From Verrucomicrobiota bacterium (GTDB lineage Bacteria; Verrucomicrobiota; Verrucomicrobiia; Limisphaerales; CANJXF01): 64,000 nucleotides of DNA. Position numbers and translations under genes: made by a program. The stretch lies in assembly GCA_038214755.1 (NCBI GenBank), contig JBBQRQ010000017.1, forward strand, positions 1 through 64,000, written 5' to 3'. The notes under the pieces are model-generated. The model worked only from the letters and a program-made list of their open reading frames with translations. It did no database searches and had not been told where the DNA came from. Positions 1-8,197 of the stretch are shown here, one piece after another. Numbering within the stretch: the first letter of the stretch is position 1; every line of letters starts with the position of its first letter.

Positions 1-9
1 CCATCGCGT

Positions 10-155
10 GTAGGGCAGGCTTTCCAGCCTGCCGGTTCCGGGGACTTTCTAGTCCCCGGAAATCTGCGAGAAAAACCTCAAATCATTTTTTTCGAAACTG
101 GAAAGTTTCGTAACCGGCAGGCTCGAAAGCCCGCCCTACGATTTGGGCAACACGC
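10..155. repeat. GTAG-type REP doublet followed by the right TIR (TTTGGGCAACACGC) of a GGCGTGTTGCCCAAA-family element
   Basis: GTAGGGCAGGCTTTCCAGCCTGCCGG at 10 and its inverted arm CCGGCAGGCTCGAAAGCCCGCCCTAC ending at 139; 142-155 is the reverse complement of the TIR at 41158-41171. Confidence 0.8.
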
Positions 156-174
156 TCTCAATCTTTTGCAAAAT

Positions 175-251
175 AACGGAACGCCGATCTCCGGATCGGC
201 TCGCGGAAAATATGGCGCATTCCACTGCCGATCTGAGATCGGCGTTCCGTT
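175..251. repeat. GGAACGCCGATCTCC-family palindromic REP doublet
   Basis: AACGGAACGCCGATCTCCGGATCGGC ... GCCGATCTGAGATCGGCGTTCCGTT; same family at 21683-21752 and 44827-44897. Confidence 0.85.
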
Positions 252-332
252 GCCATTTAGGGGGATGCGCCCCTTTAGGCGAAGCTCCTTCTTCCATTGC
301 AAACATTTTTTGCCAATTGCACTCTCGCTCCC

Positions 333-782
333 ATGAATCCGAAACGTCTTATCCTCGCCATTGTCGTCGTATTCGTTGGGATGTGGATTACCGATTTTCT
401 CATCCACGCAGTTTGGTTGGCAAATATCTATGGCAAAACAAAGGAGCTATGGCGTCCGGAAAAAGAAATGAACTCTTTCTTCGGCTGGCTGATGCTGGGG
501 CAACTTCTGGCGACCATAACGTTCGTGATGATTTGGGCAAAAGGTTTCGCGGCGACTGCTTGCCTGGGCTGCGCGTGGGTGTATGGGACGATGATGGGTT
601 TGTTCAACCAGGCGAACACGCTCATCACTTACGCGGTGCAACCTTTTCCGGCGGAGATCGCCGTGAAATGGTTTGTCTCTGGTGTGGCGCAAGGAATCGT
701 GATGGGACTTTTGGTGTTCGTCGTTTACAAACCGACAGCGATTGCCAATGCGCCGGACATTTCTCCTCCTCTATCGAAGTGA
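333..782 (+). CDS. small integral membrane protein with about 4 TM helices (DUF1761-like)
   Basis: ORF 297..782, ATG at 333; four hydrophobic stretches and a W...Y......WRP motif. Confidence 0.7.
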   Translation: MNPKRLILAIVVVFVGMWITDFLIHAVWLANIYGKTKELWRPEKEMNSFFGWLMLGQLLATITFVMIWAKGFAATACLGCAWVYGTMMGLFNQANTLITYAVQPFPAEIAVKWFVSGVAQGIVMGLLVFVVYKPTAIANAPDISPPLSK

Positions 783-828
783 ACTTTATCGAAAGGCAAC
801 AATTGATTTTGACGACGACTAACGGGCC

Positions 829-878
829 GTAGCGCAGGTTTGCAACCTGCCGTATCGCCGGTTTCTAACCGGCAGGGC
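829..878. repeat. GTAGCGCAG-family REP, left arm only
   Basis: GTAGCGCAGGTTTGCAACCTGCCGTATCGCCGGTTTCTAACCGGCAG; full doublet at 31770-31883, another arm at 41311. Confidence 0.75.
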
Positions 879-911
879 TGGACGTTCCAGCGGCTGCCCG
901 CGTCACCTTTT

Positions 912-1337
912 CTATTCAATTTGTTGAATTCGTTTTTGGTGACGGCCTCCCTCGAACGGAGTTTTTAACCAGGCCTCAACGATTGCCAGCGCAAGATCAA
1001 GAGAGATCATTCGCTGGCCGAGAGAGAGCATATTGGCGTCGTTATGCTGGCGCGAAAGTTTTGCCGATTCCACGTTCCAGCAAAGCGCGCAACGAACGCC
1101 TTTCACTTTATTCGCCACCATCGCTTCGCCATTGCCAGAGCCGCCCAGAACGATTCCGCGCTCAAATTCTCCGCGCGCCACAGCCTCTGCGACGGGCCGG
1201 ATGTAAATCGGATAATCAACCGGCTCCGTGCTGTGCGCGCCGAAATCTTTGACTTCATGTCCCAGCTTCACCAGAAGCTGTTTGATTTTTTCTTTGTATT
1301 CAAATCCGGCGTGGTCGGAGCCGAGGGCGATGTTCAT
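912..1337 (-). CDS. rpiB: ribose-5-phosphate isomerase B
   Basis: GSDHAG, VDYP, GGSGNGE, ANKVKGVR, SRQHNDAN, FEGGRHQKR motifs. Confidence 0.97.
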   Translation of the reverse strand: MNIALGSDHAGFEYKEKIKQLLVKLGHEVKDFGAHSTEPVDYPIYIRPVAEAVARGEFERGIVLGGSGNGEAMVANKVKGVRCALCWNVESAKLSRQHNDANMLSLGQRMISLDLALAIVEAWLKTPFEGGRHQKRIQQIE

Positions 1338-1591
1338 TTTCTTTTGCGTCGGTGTTTCTCTCGTTGCTTGTGGAAAAAGTCACGCGCTTTCTGAAGCCAC
1401 CGATTCGCCCAGGCAAACTCTGTCGCCAAAATCGCCAGACCCGCCGGAATGACAATGAACGCCGGCCCCGGCAAAACGATCAGCGCAACGCCGATCAGCA
1501 AAACCGTCCCGCCAATAATTCCCACAGCGAATCGTCTGGCCTTCGACTCTTTTTTTCCGCCGCCCGATTTTTTTTCCGGGAAAAATTTCAT
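1334..1591 (-). CDS. PGPGW/TIGR02611-like small membrane protein
   Basis: IGVALIVLPGPAFIVIPAGLAILATEFAWA; ATG at 1591; stop overlaps the rpiB start. Confidence 0.85.
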   Translation of the reverse strand: MKFFPEKKSGGGKKESKARRFAVGIIGGTVLLIGVALIVLPGPAFIVIPAGLAILATEFAWANRWLQKARDFFHKQREKHRRKRK

Positions 1592-1730
1592 GTTTCTTCC
1601 ACGGCTGGAAATCGCGTTGCCCGAGTAATTTTCATTTCGTTTTTCCCTGTCGTTCGCCGGTTGGTAAATTTCATCGGCGTGATTGGAGCAAATGGTCAAG
1701 CGAATCACAATATGAAATGACGGAGGGTTG

Positions 1731-1930
1731 GGGTGTGATTAAAAGTGGGTGACGTTGGAACCGAACTCATTTTGGACGGCGGAGACAAGTCCCCGCTTTG
1801 GCTGCACACTGGAAAAACGGGAAAGTTTATTTTGAGCACTTTCTCCATCGCGTAACGTGCATGAAGACGGCGTCAGGCCGCCGCAGTCCAAGGAAACCAA
1901 ATCCTACCTCACTCGTTTTTAATCACCCCC
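1731..1930. mobile_element. ~200-bp MITE (TIR GGGTGTGATTAAAAG) carrying a REP doublet; copy 1, diverged
   Basis: GGGTGTGATTAAAAGTG ... GTTTTTAATCACCCCC; homologous end to end to 38989-39192 and 40953-41156. Confidence 0.88.
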
Positions 1931-1991
1931 GGAGATCGCCCGAACTTAAACTCGCTTGCATTCAATTGTCCGTGGCCTCATCGTTTCACCA

Positions 1992-2246
1992 ATGGCAATG
2001 CCAAATAATCCGGTGACGTTAAGCGCACAACAGATCGACGACTTGAGCCAAAAAATGGCCAAGATGCGCCATGATATCAACAATCACCTTTCGCTCGTCG
2101 TCTTTGCCATTGAGGTGCTCCGAACCAAACCCGAAATGATGGATCGGATGACCGCGACCTTATCGGATCAACCGCAGAAAATCATGGCGGATCTTGCCAA
2201 ATTTTCTTCCGAACTGGAGCAGTTATTGGGGATCAGACGGCAGTGA
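1992..2246 (+). CDS. stand-alone HisKA/DHp-like small helical protein
   Basis: H-box-like KMRHDINNHLSLV in an ~84-aa protein with no HATPase domain; start at 1992 or 1998. Confidence 0.7.
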   Translation: MAMPNNPVTLSAQQIDDLSQKMAKMRHDINNHLSLVVFAIEVLRTKPEMMDRMTATLSDQPQKIMADLAKFSSELEQLLGIRRQ

Positions 2247-2332
2247 TCTTCAAGCGATGCCATTGTAACCGGGGTGGAGGTTGCTTCGTCTCGACTTAGG
2301 CAGAGAACATAAAACTTAATCAAAGGAATCGG

Positions 2333-2857
2333 ATGAAAAATGCAAAACTTATTTATTTGGCCGTCGGATTGATGGCAATTTCTACGCCGCAATTGACTCG
2401 CGGTGACGACAAGCCGGCCAACCCGGCAAACCGCGAAGATGTTCGGGAAAAGTTGAAAAACATGACCCCCGAAGAGCGGGAGGCCAAGATGAAGGAGTTC
2501 CGCGAAAAAAATCCTGAAGCCGCCGCCAACTATGAGAAACGCGCGGAAGAAATGAAGAAATTTACGAAGGACCTTGGATTGAAGCCGGAGGAAATCCAGA
2601 AACTTTCCCCGGAAGAGCGCCGCGAAAAAATCAAGGCGGCCGTGGAAAAGAAAACAGCCGAATTGCAGAAGAAAAAAGAGGCGGGCACTCTCACCGATGC
2701 AGACAAAGACCTTTTGAAACGTCTCGATGAGCGAAAGAAATTGATGGAAGGCGGGCGTCGCGGTGAAGGAGGTTTGGGCCGGCCCCCACGTCCCAGTCCA
2801 GACAAGCCGTCTGACAAACCGACCGACAAGCCGACTGAGAAACCATCCGACAAATAA
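2333..2857 (+). CDS. exported charged helical protein (Spy/CpxP-like composition) with a C-terminal DKP(S/T) repeat
   Basis: signal peptide; LKNMTPEER and LSPEERR repeats; 12-nt tandem repeats encoding PDKPSDKPTDKPTEKPSDK. Confidence 0.75.
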   Translation: MKNAKLIYLAVGLMAISTPQLTRGDDKPANPANREDVREKLKNMTPEEREAKMKEFREKNPEAAANYEKRAEEMKKFTKDLGLKPEEIQKLSPEERREKIKAAVEKKTAELQKKKEAGTLTDADKDLLKRLDERKKLMEGGRRGEGGLGRPPRPSPDKPSDKPTDKPTEKPSDK

Positions 2858-2880
2858 CGAGTGATTTTAAAAATCGCGCC

Positions 2881-2917
2881 AGCCACTGCCTCCCACGGCA
2901 GTGGCTTTCTGTTTTTG
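2881..2917 (+). terminator. probable rho-independent terminator
   Basis: AGCCACTGCC-tcccac-GGCAGTGGCT stem followed by TTCTGTTTTT, just downstream of the stop at 2857. Confidence 0.75.
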
Positions 2918-2950
2918 ACAGAACCATTGCTTGTGGCCTAAGTGGACGCG

Positions 2951-3526
2951 ATGGAACCCACTGACTCCGAGTTGATCGCCGCCGTCCTGAAAGGCGACGT
3001 GGCCAGCTTCGAGCCGTTGATTAAAAAATATCAGCCACGCGTTTTCGCAACCGCGCGCCGCTACGCTCGACGCGAAAGTGAAGTCGAAGACATCGTCCAG
3101 GAAATATTTTTGAAAGCATTTACCAAGCTGAAAAGTTTTCGCGGCGACGCGCCATTCGAACATTGGCTGATGCGACTGGCGGTGCGGACCTGTTACGACT
3201 TTTTGCGGGGACATCAGCGCAATCGCGAAACCGCCTTTAGCGAATTGACTGAACCGGAAACCGAATGGCTGGATCGATTCGTGGTTCAACCCGACGATGC
3301 CAGCGAGAGCGCCAGCGCGGCGCGCGATCTGGTCAACAAAATTCTGGAACATCTCTCGCCGGCCGCGCGGCTGGTGATTACGCTTCTGGAAATTGAAGAT
3401 CGTTCCGTCAAAGAAATATCGGCCTTGACCGGTTGGTCCGTTCCATTAGTGAAAGTGCGCGCGTTCCGCGCCCGCGCCGAAATGCGAAAAATCGTGGCGC
3501 GAATCAGCCGCGACAAGTACGTGTAA
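2951..3526 (+). CDS. ECF-family sigma-70 factor
   Basis: EDIVQEIFLKAF, FEHWLMRLAVRTCYD (region 2); SVKEISALTGWSVPLVKVRAFRAR (region 4); alternative GTG start at 2942. Confidence 0.93.
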   Translation: MEPTDSELIAAVLKGDVASFEPLIKKYQPRVFATARRYARRESEVEDIVQEIFLKAFTKLKSFRGDAPFEHWLMRLAVRTCYDFLRGHQRNRETAFSELTEPETEWLDRFVVQPDDASESASAARDLVNKILEHLSPAARLVITLLEIEDRSVKEISALTGWSVPLVKVRAFRARAEMRKIVARISRDKYV

Positions 3527-3560
3527 CCCGAAATGAAAAGCGCCCGTCTGAAAAATCGTA

Positions 3561-3875
3561 ATGAACTTGCAAAATCTTCAGGAAAAACTTTTGGCCATCG
3601 CTCGCAAAAATCCACCGAGCGATCGCGTCCCATATGCTTTCGAAAAACGGATCATGGCCCGTCTGGCCAAACCGATGATTGATCATTGGTCGGCGTGGGG
3701 GCGCGCTCTTTGGCGGGCGGCGGCAGCTTGTGTGCTCGCGATGGCCTTGTTAGGCGGCTGGTCATTTCAAATGGCTCCGAGTGAGAATGTCGATCTTTCG
3801 CAAGATTTGAAAAACACCGTTTTCGCCGCGTTGGACGAACATTCTCCCACGAGTAGCGGCGAGGAAATCTGGTGA
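3561..3875 (+). CDS. putative single-TM anti-sigma factor
   Basis: directly follows the ECF gene; VPYAFEKRIMARL then one TM helix. Confidence 0.7.
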   Translation: MNLQNLQEKLLAIARKNPPSDRVPYAFEKRIMARLAKPMIDHWSAWGRALWRAAAACVLAMALLGGWSFQMAPSENVDLSQDLKNTVFAALDEHSPTSSGEEIW

Positions 3876-4363
3876 GTCCGTGGAAAGTCATCCTGGCCAC
3901 GCTGGTGATCTTTTGTTCCGGTCTGGTTGTAGGCGCTTTGATGGTTAGAAAAACTGCGCGTGCCATTTTTAATTCGCGTCCTCCGCACGTTTCGACCAAC
4001 ACCCTGCCTTCTCTGTGGCATCAACAGCAGCGAGATTTTCTTCGCCGGATTGATGACGAATTAAATTTAAATCCAATCCAGCGGGAAAATATCGCGAGAA
4101 TTTTAAAGCAAAGCCAGGAACGCACGAAAGCAATCAAAGAAAAAATCGCGCCGGAAATGCGGGAGGAATTGAAAAAAGTCCGTGAAGAAATCCACGCGGA
4201 ACTGACTTCGGCACAACAGAAAAAATTTGAAGAAGCGATGAAGGCCAAGCCGCCTCGCAAACTCGACGAAGCTGGCGAAGAGACCCGACGGAAATTTCCC
4301 GGCTCACGCCGCGCGCGCACGAACGCGGCGGTTACGAATATTGTTTCACCCGCAAATCCGTAA
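3872..4363 (+). CDS. membrane-anchored periplasmic helical protein (heavy-metal-sensor/Spy-like)
   Basis: WKVILATLVIFCSG anchor; ELNLNPIQ and ELTSAQQKKF (LTxxQ-like) motifs; overlaps the previous stop. Confidence 0.75.
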   Translation: MSPWKVILATLVIFCSGLVVGALMVRKTARAIFNSRPPHVSTNTLPSLWHQQQRDFLRRIDDELNLNPIQRENIARILKQSQERTKAIKEKIAPEMREELKKVREEIHAELTSAQQKKFEEAMKAKPPRKLDEAGEETRRKFPGSRRARTNAAVTNIVSPANP

Positions 4364-4375
4364 GTCTTTAGCCTC

Positions 4376-4536
4376 AAATCCGAAATCCGAATCCCCGAAA
4401 TCCGAAAGAAATCCGAATACCGAAAAAGACTTCCGCCCAGTGCCGGAAACGTGCTTTGCCACCCGCAAAGTTCCGCGGCACTTCCGCTTTCAGTCTGCGG
4501 GCTTCGGATTTCTTTCGGAATTCGGATTTCGGGTTT
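4376..4536. repeat. AAATCCG heptamer inverted-repeat element
   Basis: left arm AAATCCGAAATCCGAATCCCCGAAATCCGAAAGAAATCCGAA, right arm TTCGGATTTCTTTCGGAATTCGGATTTCGG; copies at 51453, 53342, 57153, 59316. Confidence 0.9.
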
Positions 4537-4575
4537 AGTTTGTGCCGGTTGCGCGGAGCCTGCTAATTTTACTTC

Positions 4576-5496
4576 GTGCAAAATCTCGTCGAAGATTTTC
4601 TTTTTTTTCTCCGGCACGAACGCGGGCAATCCGAACACACCCAGAAAACTTACGCGGGTCTGTTGCATCGATTTATCGAATGGGCGAACGGGCAAAATCT
4701 TTTCGATTGGAAGTCGGTTGAGTTTTCGCACCTGATGTCTTTCATTGAGCACGAACGAGCACGCGCTTTGGAAAATCAGCCCGAAACTTCGACGCGCCAA
4801 TTGAGTTCCGAAAGTGTCTATCTGGAAATCGCCGCGTTGCGCGCGTTCTATCGTTTCGCCGAACAGGAAAAATTTGTGCCGGCGAATATCGCGGAACATC
4901 TTTCCTTGCCACGTCGCTGGAAACGTTTGCCCAAATCGTTGACCAACGAAGAAATCGAAAAACTTTTGGCGCCGGTTATTCCAGAAACTCCTTCGAGCTT
5001 GTGCGACCAGGCTATTCTCGAACTCGCCTACGCCTCCGGGTTGCGTCTGGCCGAGCTAAAAAATATTCGCCTCGAACAACTTCATCTCGACGCCGGGTTC
5101 ATCAACGTCATTGGCAAAGGAAATAAAGAGCGCGTCGTCCCTGTTGGAAAAAAAGCGGTGCAAGCGCTTCAACAATATTTAAATTCCGGTCGTCCGCTGC
5201 TCGTAAACAAAAAATCGCCCGGCAATGTTTTTCTCACCACGCGGGGCACTCCCTTTGCCTCGGTGACATTATGGTGGCGCATCAAACGCCGCGTTCGCTG
5301 GTCTGGCATCGAGCGCAACATCACTCCGCACATGTTGCGCCATAGTTTCGCCACGCATCTACTCGAACACGGCGCGGATCTGCGAGTGATTCAAGAATTG
5401 CTTGGGCACGCCACTATTAACACCACGGAAGTTTATACGCATGTCGCTGGTTCTCGCTTGCGGGAGGTTCATAAAAAATATCATCCTCGACCATAA
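4576..5496 (+). CDS. xerD: tyrosine recombinase XerD (XerC/D family)
   Basis: YASGLRLAEL, GKGNKERVVP, TPHMLRHSFATHLLEHGADLRVIQELLGH, TTEVYTHV; GTG start; XerD versus XerC is not certain. Confidence 0.85.
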   Translation: MQNLVEDFLFFLRHERGQSEHTQKTYAGLLHRFIEWANGQNLFDWKSVEFSHLMSFIEHERARALENQPETSTRQLSSESVYLEIAALRAFYRFAEQEKFVPANIAEHLSLPRRWKRLPKSLTNEEIEKLLAPVIPETPSSLCDQAILELAYASGLRLAELKNIRLEQLHLDAGFINVIGKGNKERVVPVGKKAVQALQQYLNSGRPLLVNKKSPGNVFLTTRGTPFASVTLWWRIKRRVRWSGIERNITPHMLRHSFATHLLEHGADLRVIQELLGHATINTTEVYTHVAGSRLREVHKKYHPRP

Positions 5497-5532
5497 GCGC
5501 CGGAACGGAAAAAAGTTTAATCAACAGCAGAC

Positions 5533-8166
5533 TCACCGAACCAGCGCGCGATAGAACCGCTCGCTGTAGTTTCGGGCAGCAGCATCCGTAAAAACAACTG
5601 TCGCGGTATTGGAGATATTGGTGGCGATCGGCAGCCAATCGCGAAGATTGGTCGATGCCTCAATCACATAGGTGTATCCAATCGGAACGGACAACTGAAA
5701 GGTGAAGCCTGAAGGAGATAAAGCGCTGGGACCGGAGACCGACAGGGTAGTAGGCGGGATGCTAACGGATAAGGTTGCTTCAATGCTATTAGTCGAGCCG
5801 ACCGGATTAATGACAACAACCGAGTAGTTGCCAGCGACGCCTCTCTGAACATTCGTGAGCGCACAGGACGCGTTGGTCGCACCGGCCAGAGCTGCGCCAT
5901 TAAACCTCCATTGGTAACTAAATGGGGCCGTGCCGCTCGGCACTACCGTAAAGGCAGCATCCTGGCCAACCATCACCGCCTGGCTTGCGGGCTCCGTGAC
6001 AATGGTTGGCGGAACATAAACCGTCAACGTTGCCGCTGAACTTGTCACCGAATTCGCGAGGTTTGTTACGATCACGGTATAGCTCCCGGCGTTGGCCGGC
6101 TGAACATTGGCGAGGGCCAAAGCCGCGTTGGTCGCGCCGGATAAAGGCGTGCCATTGAAGACCCATTGGTAGCTAAACGGAGCCGTGCCGCTCGCCACCA
6201 CGGAAAATGAAGTGTTCTGGTTTTGGTTCACCGTTCTGCTCTGCGGTTGGGTGGTGATGCCCGCAGGAACTAGGACTATCAACGTCGCTACTGCGCTCGT
6301 CACCGAACCGGCAACATTCGTCACTACCACCGTGTAGCTCCCGGCCTTGGCCGTCTGAACATTGGTTAAGGTCAGGGTTGCATTGGTTGCGGCGGTTAGA
6401 TTCGTATTGTTGAAACGCCATTGATACCTTAATGGCGCTGTGCCACTCGCATCGACGTAGAAGGAAACGCTTTGATTCTGAACTACGGTCTGGCTTTGCG
6501 GTTGGGTCAAAATTCCTGCCGGAACATTGACCGTCAATGTCGCAACTATGCTGGTAACGCTTCCGGCGATATTTGTGACCACCACCGTGTAGTTTCCGGC
6601 TGAGGATGTCTGAACATTGGGAAGCGTTAGCGAAGCATTGGTAGCATCGGATATCATCGCTCCGTTTAAATTCCACTGATAGCTGAACGGCGCAGAGCCG
6701 TTCGCCACCACCGTAAACGAAGCGTTCGTTCCCTTTACCACTGTTTGGCTCTGTGGTTGGGTCAAGATGCTTACGGGAACATAGACCGTCAACGTCGCTA
6801 CTATGCTTGTCACCGAACCTCCCGGCCCCGTAACAACCACGATGTAGTTTCCCGCTTTGTTCGTGGCAACGTTGCTGAGTATAAACGTTTGTAGTTTACC
6901 CGCTCCAGCGCCAGTTGCTGAACCGTTCAAATACCATTGATAGGTGAAGGGTGAAGAGCCACTCGTCTCAACGGAAAACGAAACAGTGTCACCCAGTATC
7001 ACCGCCTGGCTCTGGGGTTGGGTGGTGATCGAGGGCGGAACATAGACCGTCAACGTCGCGACCGCGCTTGTCACCGAACCCGAGGAGTTCGTCACTACCA
7101 CCGTGTAGCCGCCGGCGTCAGTTGTCTGAACATTGGTGAGCGCCAGCGACGCATTGGTGGCGGCGGACAAGGCCGTGCCGTTGAAATTCCACTGATAGCT
7201 GAATGGAGCGGTGCCGCTCGGCACCACCGAGAATGAAGTGTTCTCGTTCTGGATCACAGTCATGCTCTGCGGTTGGGTCGTGATGCCCGCCGGAACCAAA
7301 ACCGTCAACGTCACCACCGCGCTCGTCACCGAACCCGCAGCATTCGCAACGACGACCGAGTAGTTGCCTGCGGAACTCGTCTGAACATTCGAACCTGTCA
7401 GGGTTGAGTTGGTGGCACCGGACAAGTTGAACCCGTAGTAACGCCATTGATAGCTGGGTAGAGGGGTGCCGGTTGCCACGACGGAAAACGAACCAGTCTG
7501 ACCCTGGATCACTGTCTGGCTCTGGGGCTGGGTCGTTATCACGGGCGGAACCAGGACCGTCAAAATAGCTACCGCGCTCGTCACCGTACCGTAGGCATTG
7601 ACGACCACAACGGTGTAATTGCCCGCGTCGCTTGTCTGGACATTGCTGAGTGCCAACAGCGGGTTGGTGGCGCCCAGGAGTGGGATTCCATCGAGATTCC
7701 ATTGATAACTGAACGGGGCAGTTCCGCTCGCCACCACGGAAAATGAAGCGTTCTGGTTCTGCACCACCGCCTGGCTCTGCGGTTGCGTAGTGATTCCGGC
7801 GGGCACCAGAACCGTTAGGGTCGCGTTGCTGCTATAGAGCGTCCCGCCACCGTTGACGACTCTTACCGAGTAATCCGCCGCATCGGATTGTCTAACCGAA
7901 GAAATGGTATAGCTGCTCAGAGTCGCCCCGGAAATATTCGCACCGTTCTTGCGCCACTGATAAGAGAGCGTGGTGCCGCTGCTGGCCACCACCAAAAAAG
8001 TCACACTGTTGCTTACCAGGACACTCTGGCTTAAAGGTTGGACAGTTATTACGGGTGGCGGTCCTCCGGCCCGGCTCGTGCCGGAAAGCAACAAACAAAA
8101 AGACAGCGTTAATGCTGCAATTTTTGGTACACTAATCGACCACTTCGCTGTCCACTTTTCCATCAT
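5533..8166 (-). CDS. secreted protein with 9 tandem Ig-like domains and a C-terminal verrucomicrobial-type tail
   Basis: signal peptide; nine ~85-aa repeats P.ITTQPQS...SYQW...DAG.Y.VVV.N..GSVTS..ATLTV; tail IEASTNLRDW...RFYRALVR. Confidence 0.92.
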   Translation of the reverse strand: MMEKWTAKWSISVPKIAALTLSFCLLLSGTSRAGGPPPVITVQPLSQSVLVSNSVTFLVVASSGTTLSYQWRKNGANISGATLSSYTISSVRQSDAADYSVRVVNGGGTLYSSNATLTVLVPAGITTQPQSQAVVQNQNASFSVVASGTAPFSYQWNLDGIPLLGATNPLLALSNVQTSDAGNYTVVVVNAYGTVTSAVAILTVLVPPVITTQPQSQTVIQGQTGSFSVVATGTPLPSYQWRYYGFNLSGATNSTLTGSNVQTSSAGNYSVVVANAAGSVTSAVVTLTVLVPAGITTQPQSMTVIQNENTSFSVVPSGTAPFSYQWNFNGTALSAATNASLALTNVQTTDAGGYTVVVTNSSGSVTSAVATLTVYVPPSITTQPQSQAVILGDTVSFSVETSGSSPFTYQWYLNGSATGAGAGKLQTFILSNVATNKAGNYIVVVTGPGGSVTSIVATLTVYVPVSILTQPQSQTVVKGTNASFTVVANGSAPFSYQWNLNGAMISDATNASLTLPNVQTSSAGNYTVVVTNIAGSVTSIVATLTVNVPAGILTQPQSQTVVQNQSVSFYVDASGTAPLRYQWRFNNTNLTAATNATLTLTNVQTAKAGSYTVVVTNVAGSVTSAVATLIVLVPAGITTQPQSRTVNQNQNTSFSVVASGTAPFSYQWVFNGTPLSGATNAALALANVQPANAGSYTVIVTNLANSVTSSAATLTVYVPPTIVTEPASQAVMVGQDAAFTVVPSGTAPFSYQWRFNGAALAGATNASCALTNVQRGVAGNYSVVVINPVGSTNSIEATLSVSIPPTTLSVSGPSALSPSGFTFQLSVPIGYTYVIEASTNLRDWLPIATNISNTATVVFTDAAARNYSERFYRALVR

Positions 8167-8197
8167 GAAAGAGCTTTAGCTAGCCGCGTGCCAATCC

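Noticed and set aside
4576..5496. Tyrosine recombinase as a phage integrase or integron integrase
   Set aside because: Size and motifs fit XerC/D; no IntI-specific insertion, att duplication or phage genes were seen
5533..8166. Ig repeats as a diversity-generating retroelement target
   Set aside because: No reverse transcriptase and no template/variable repeat pair with adenine-specific differences
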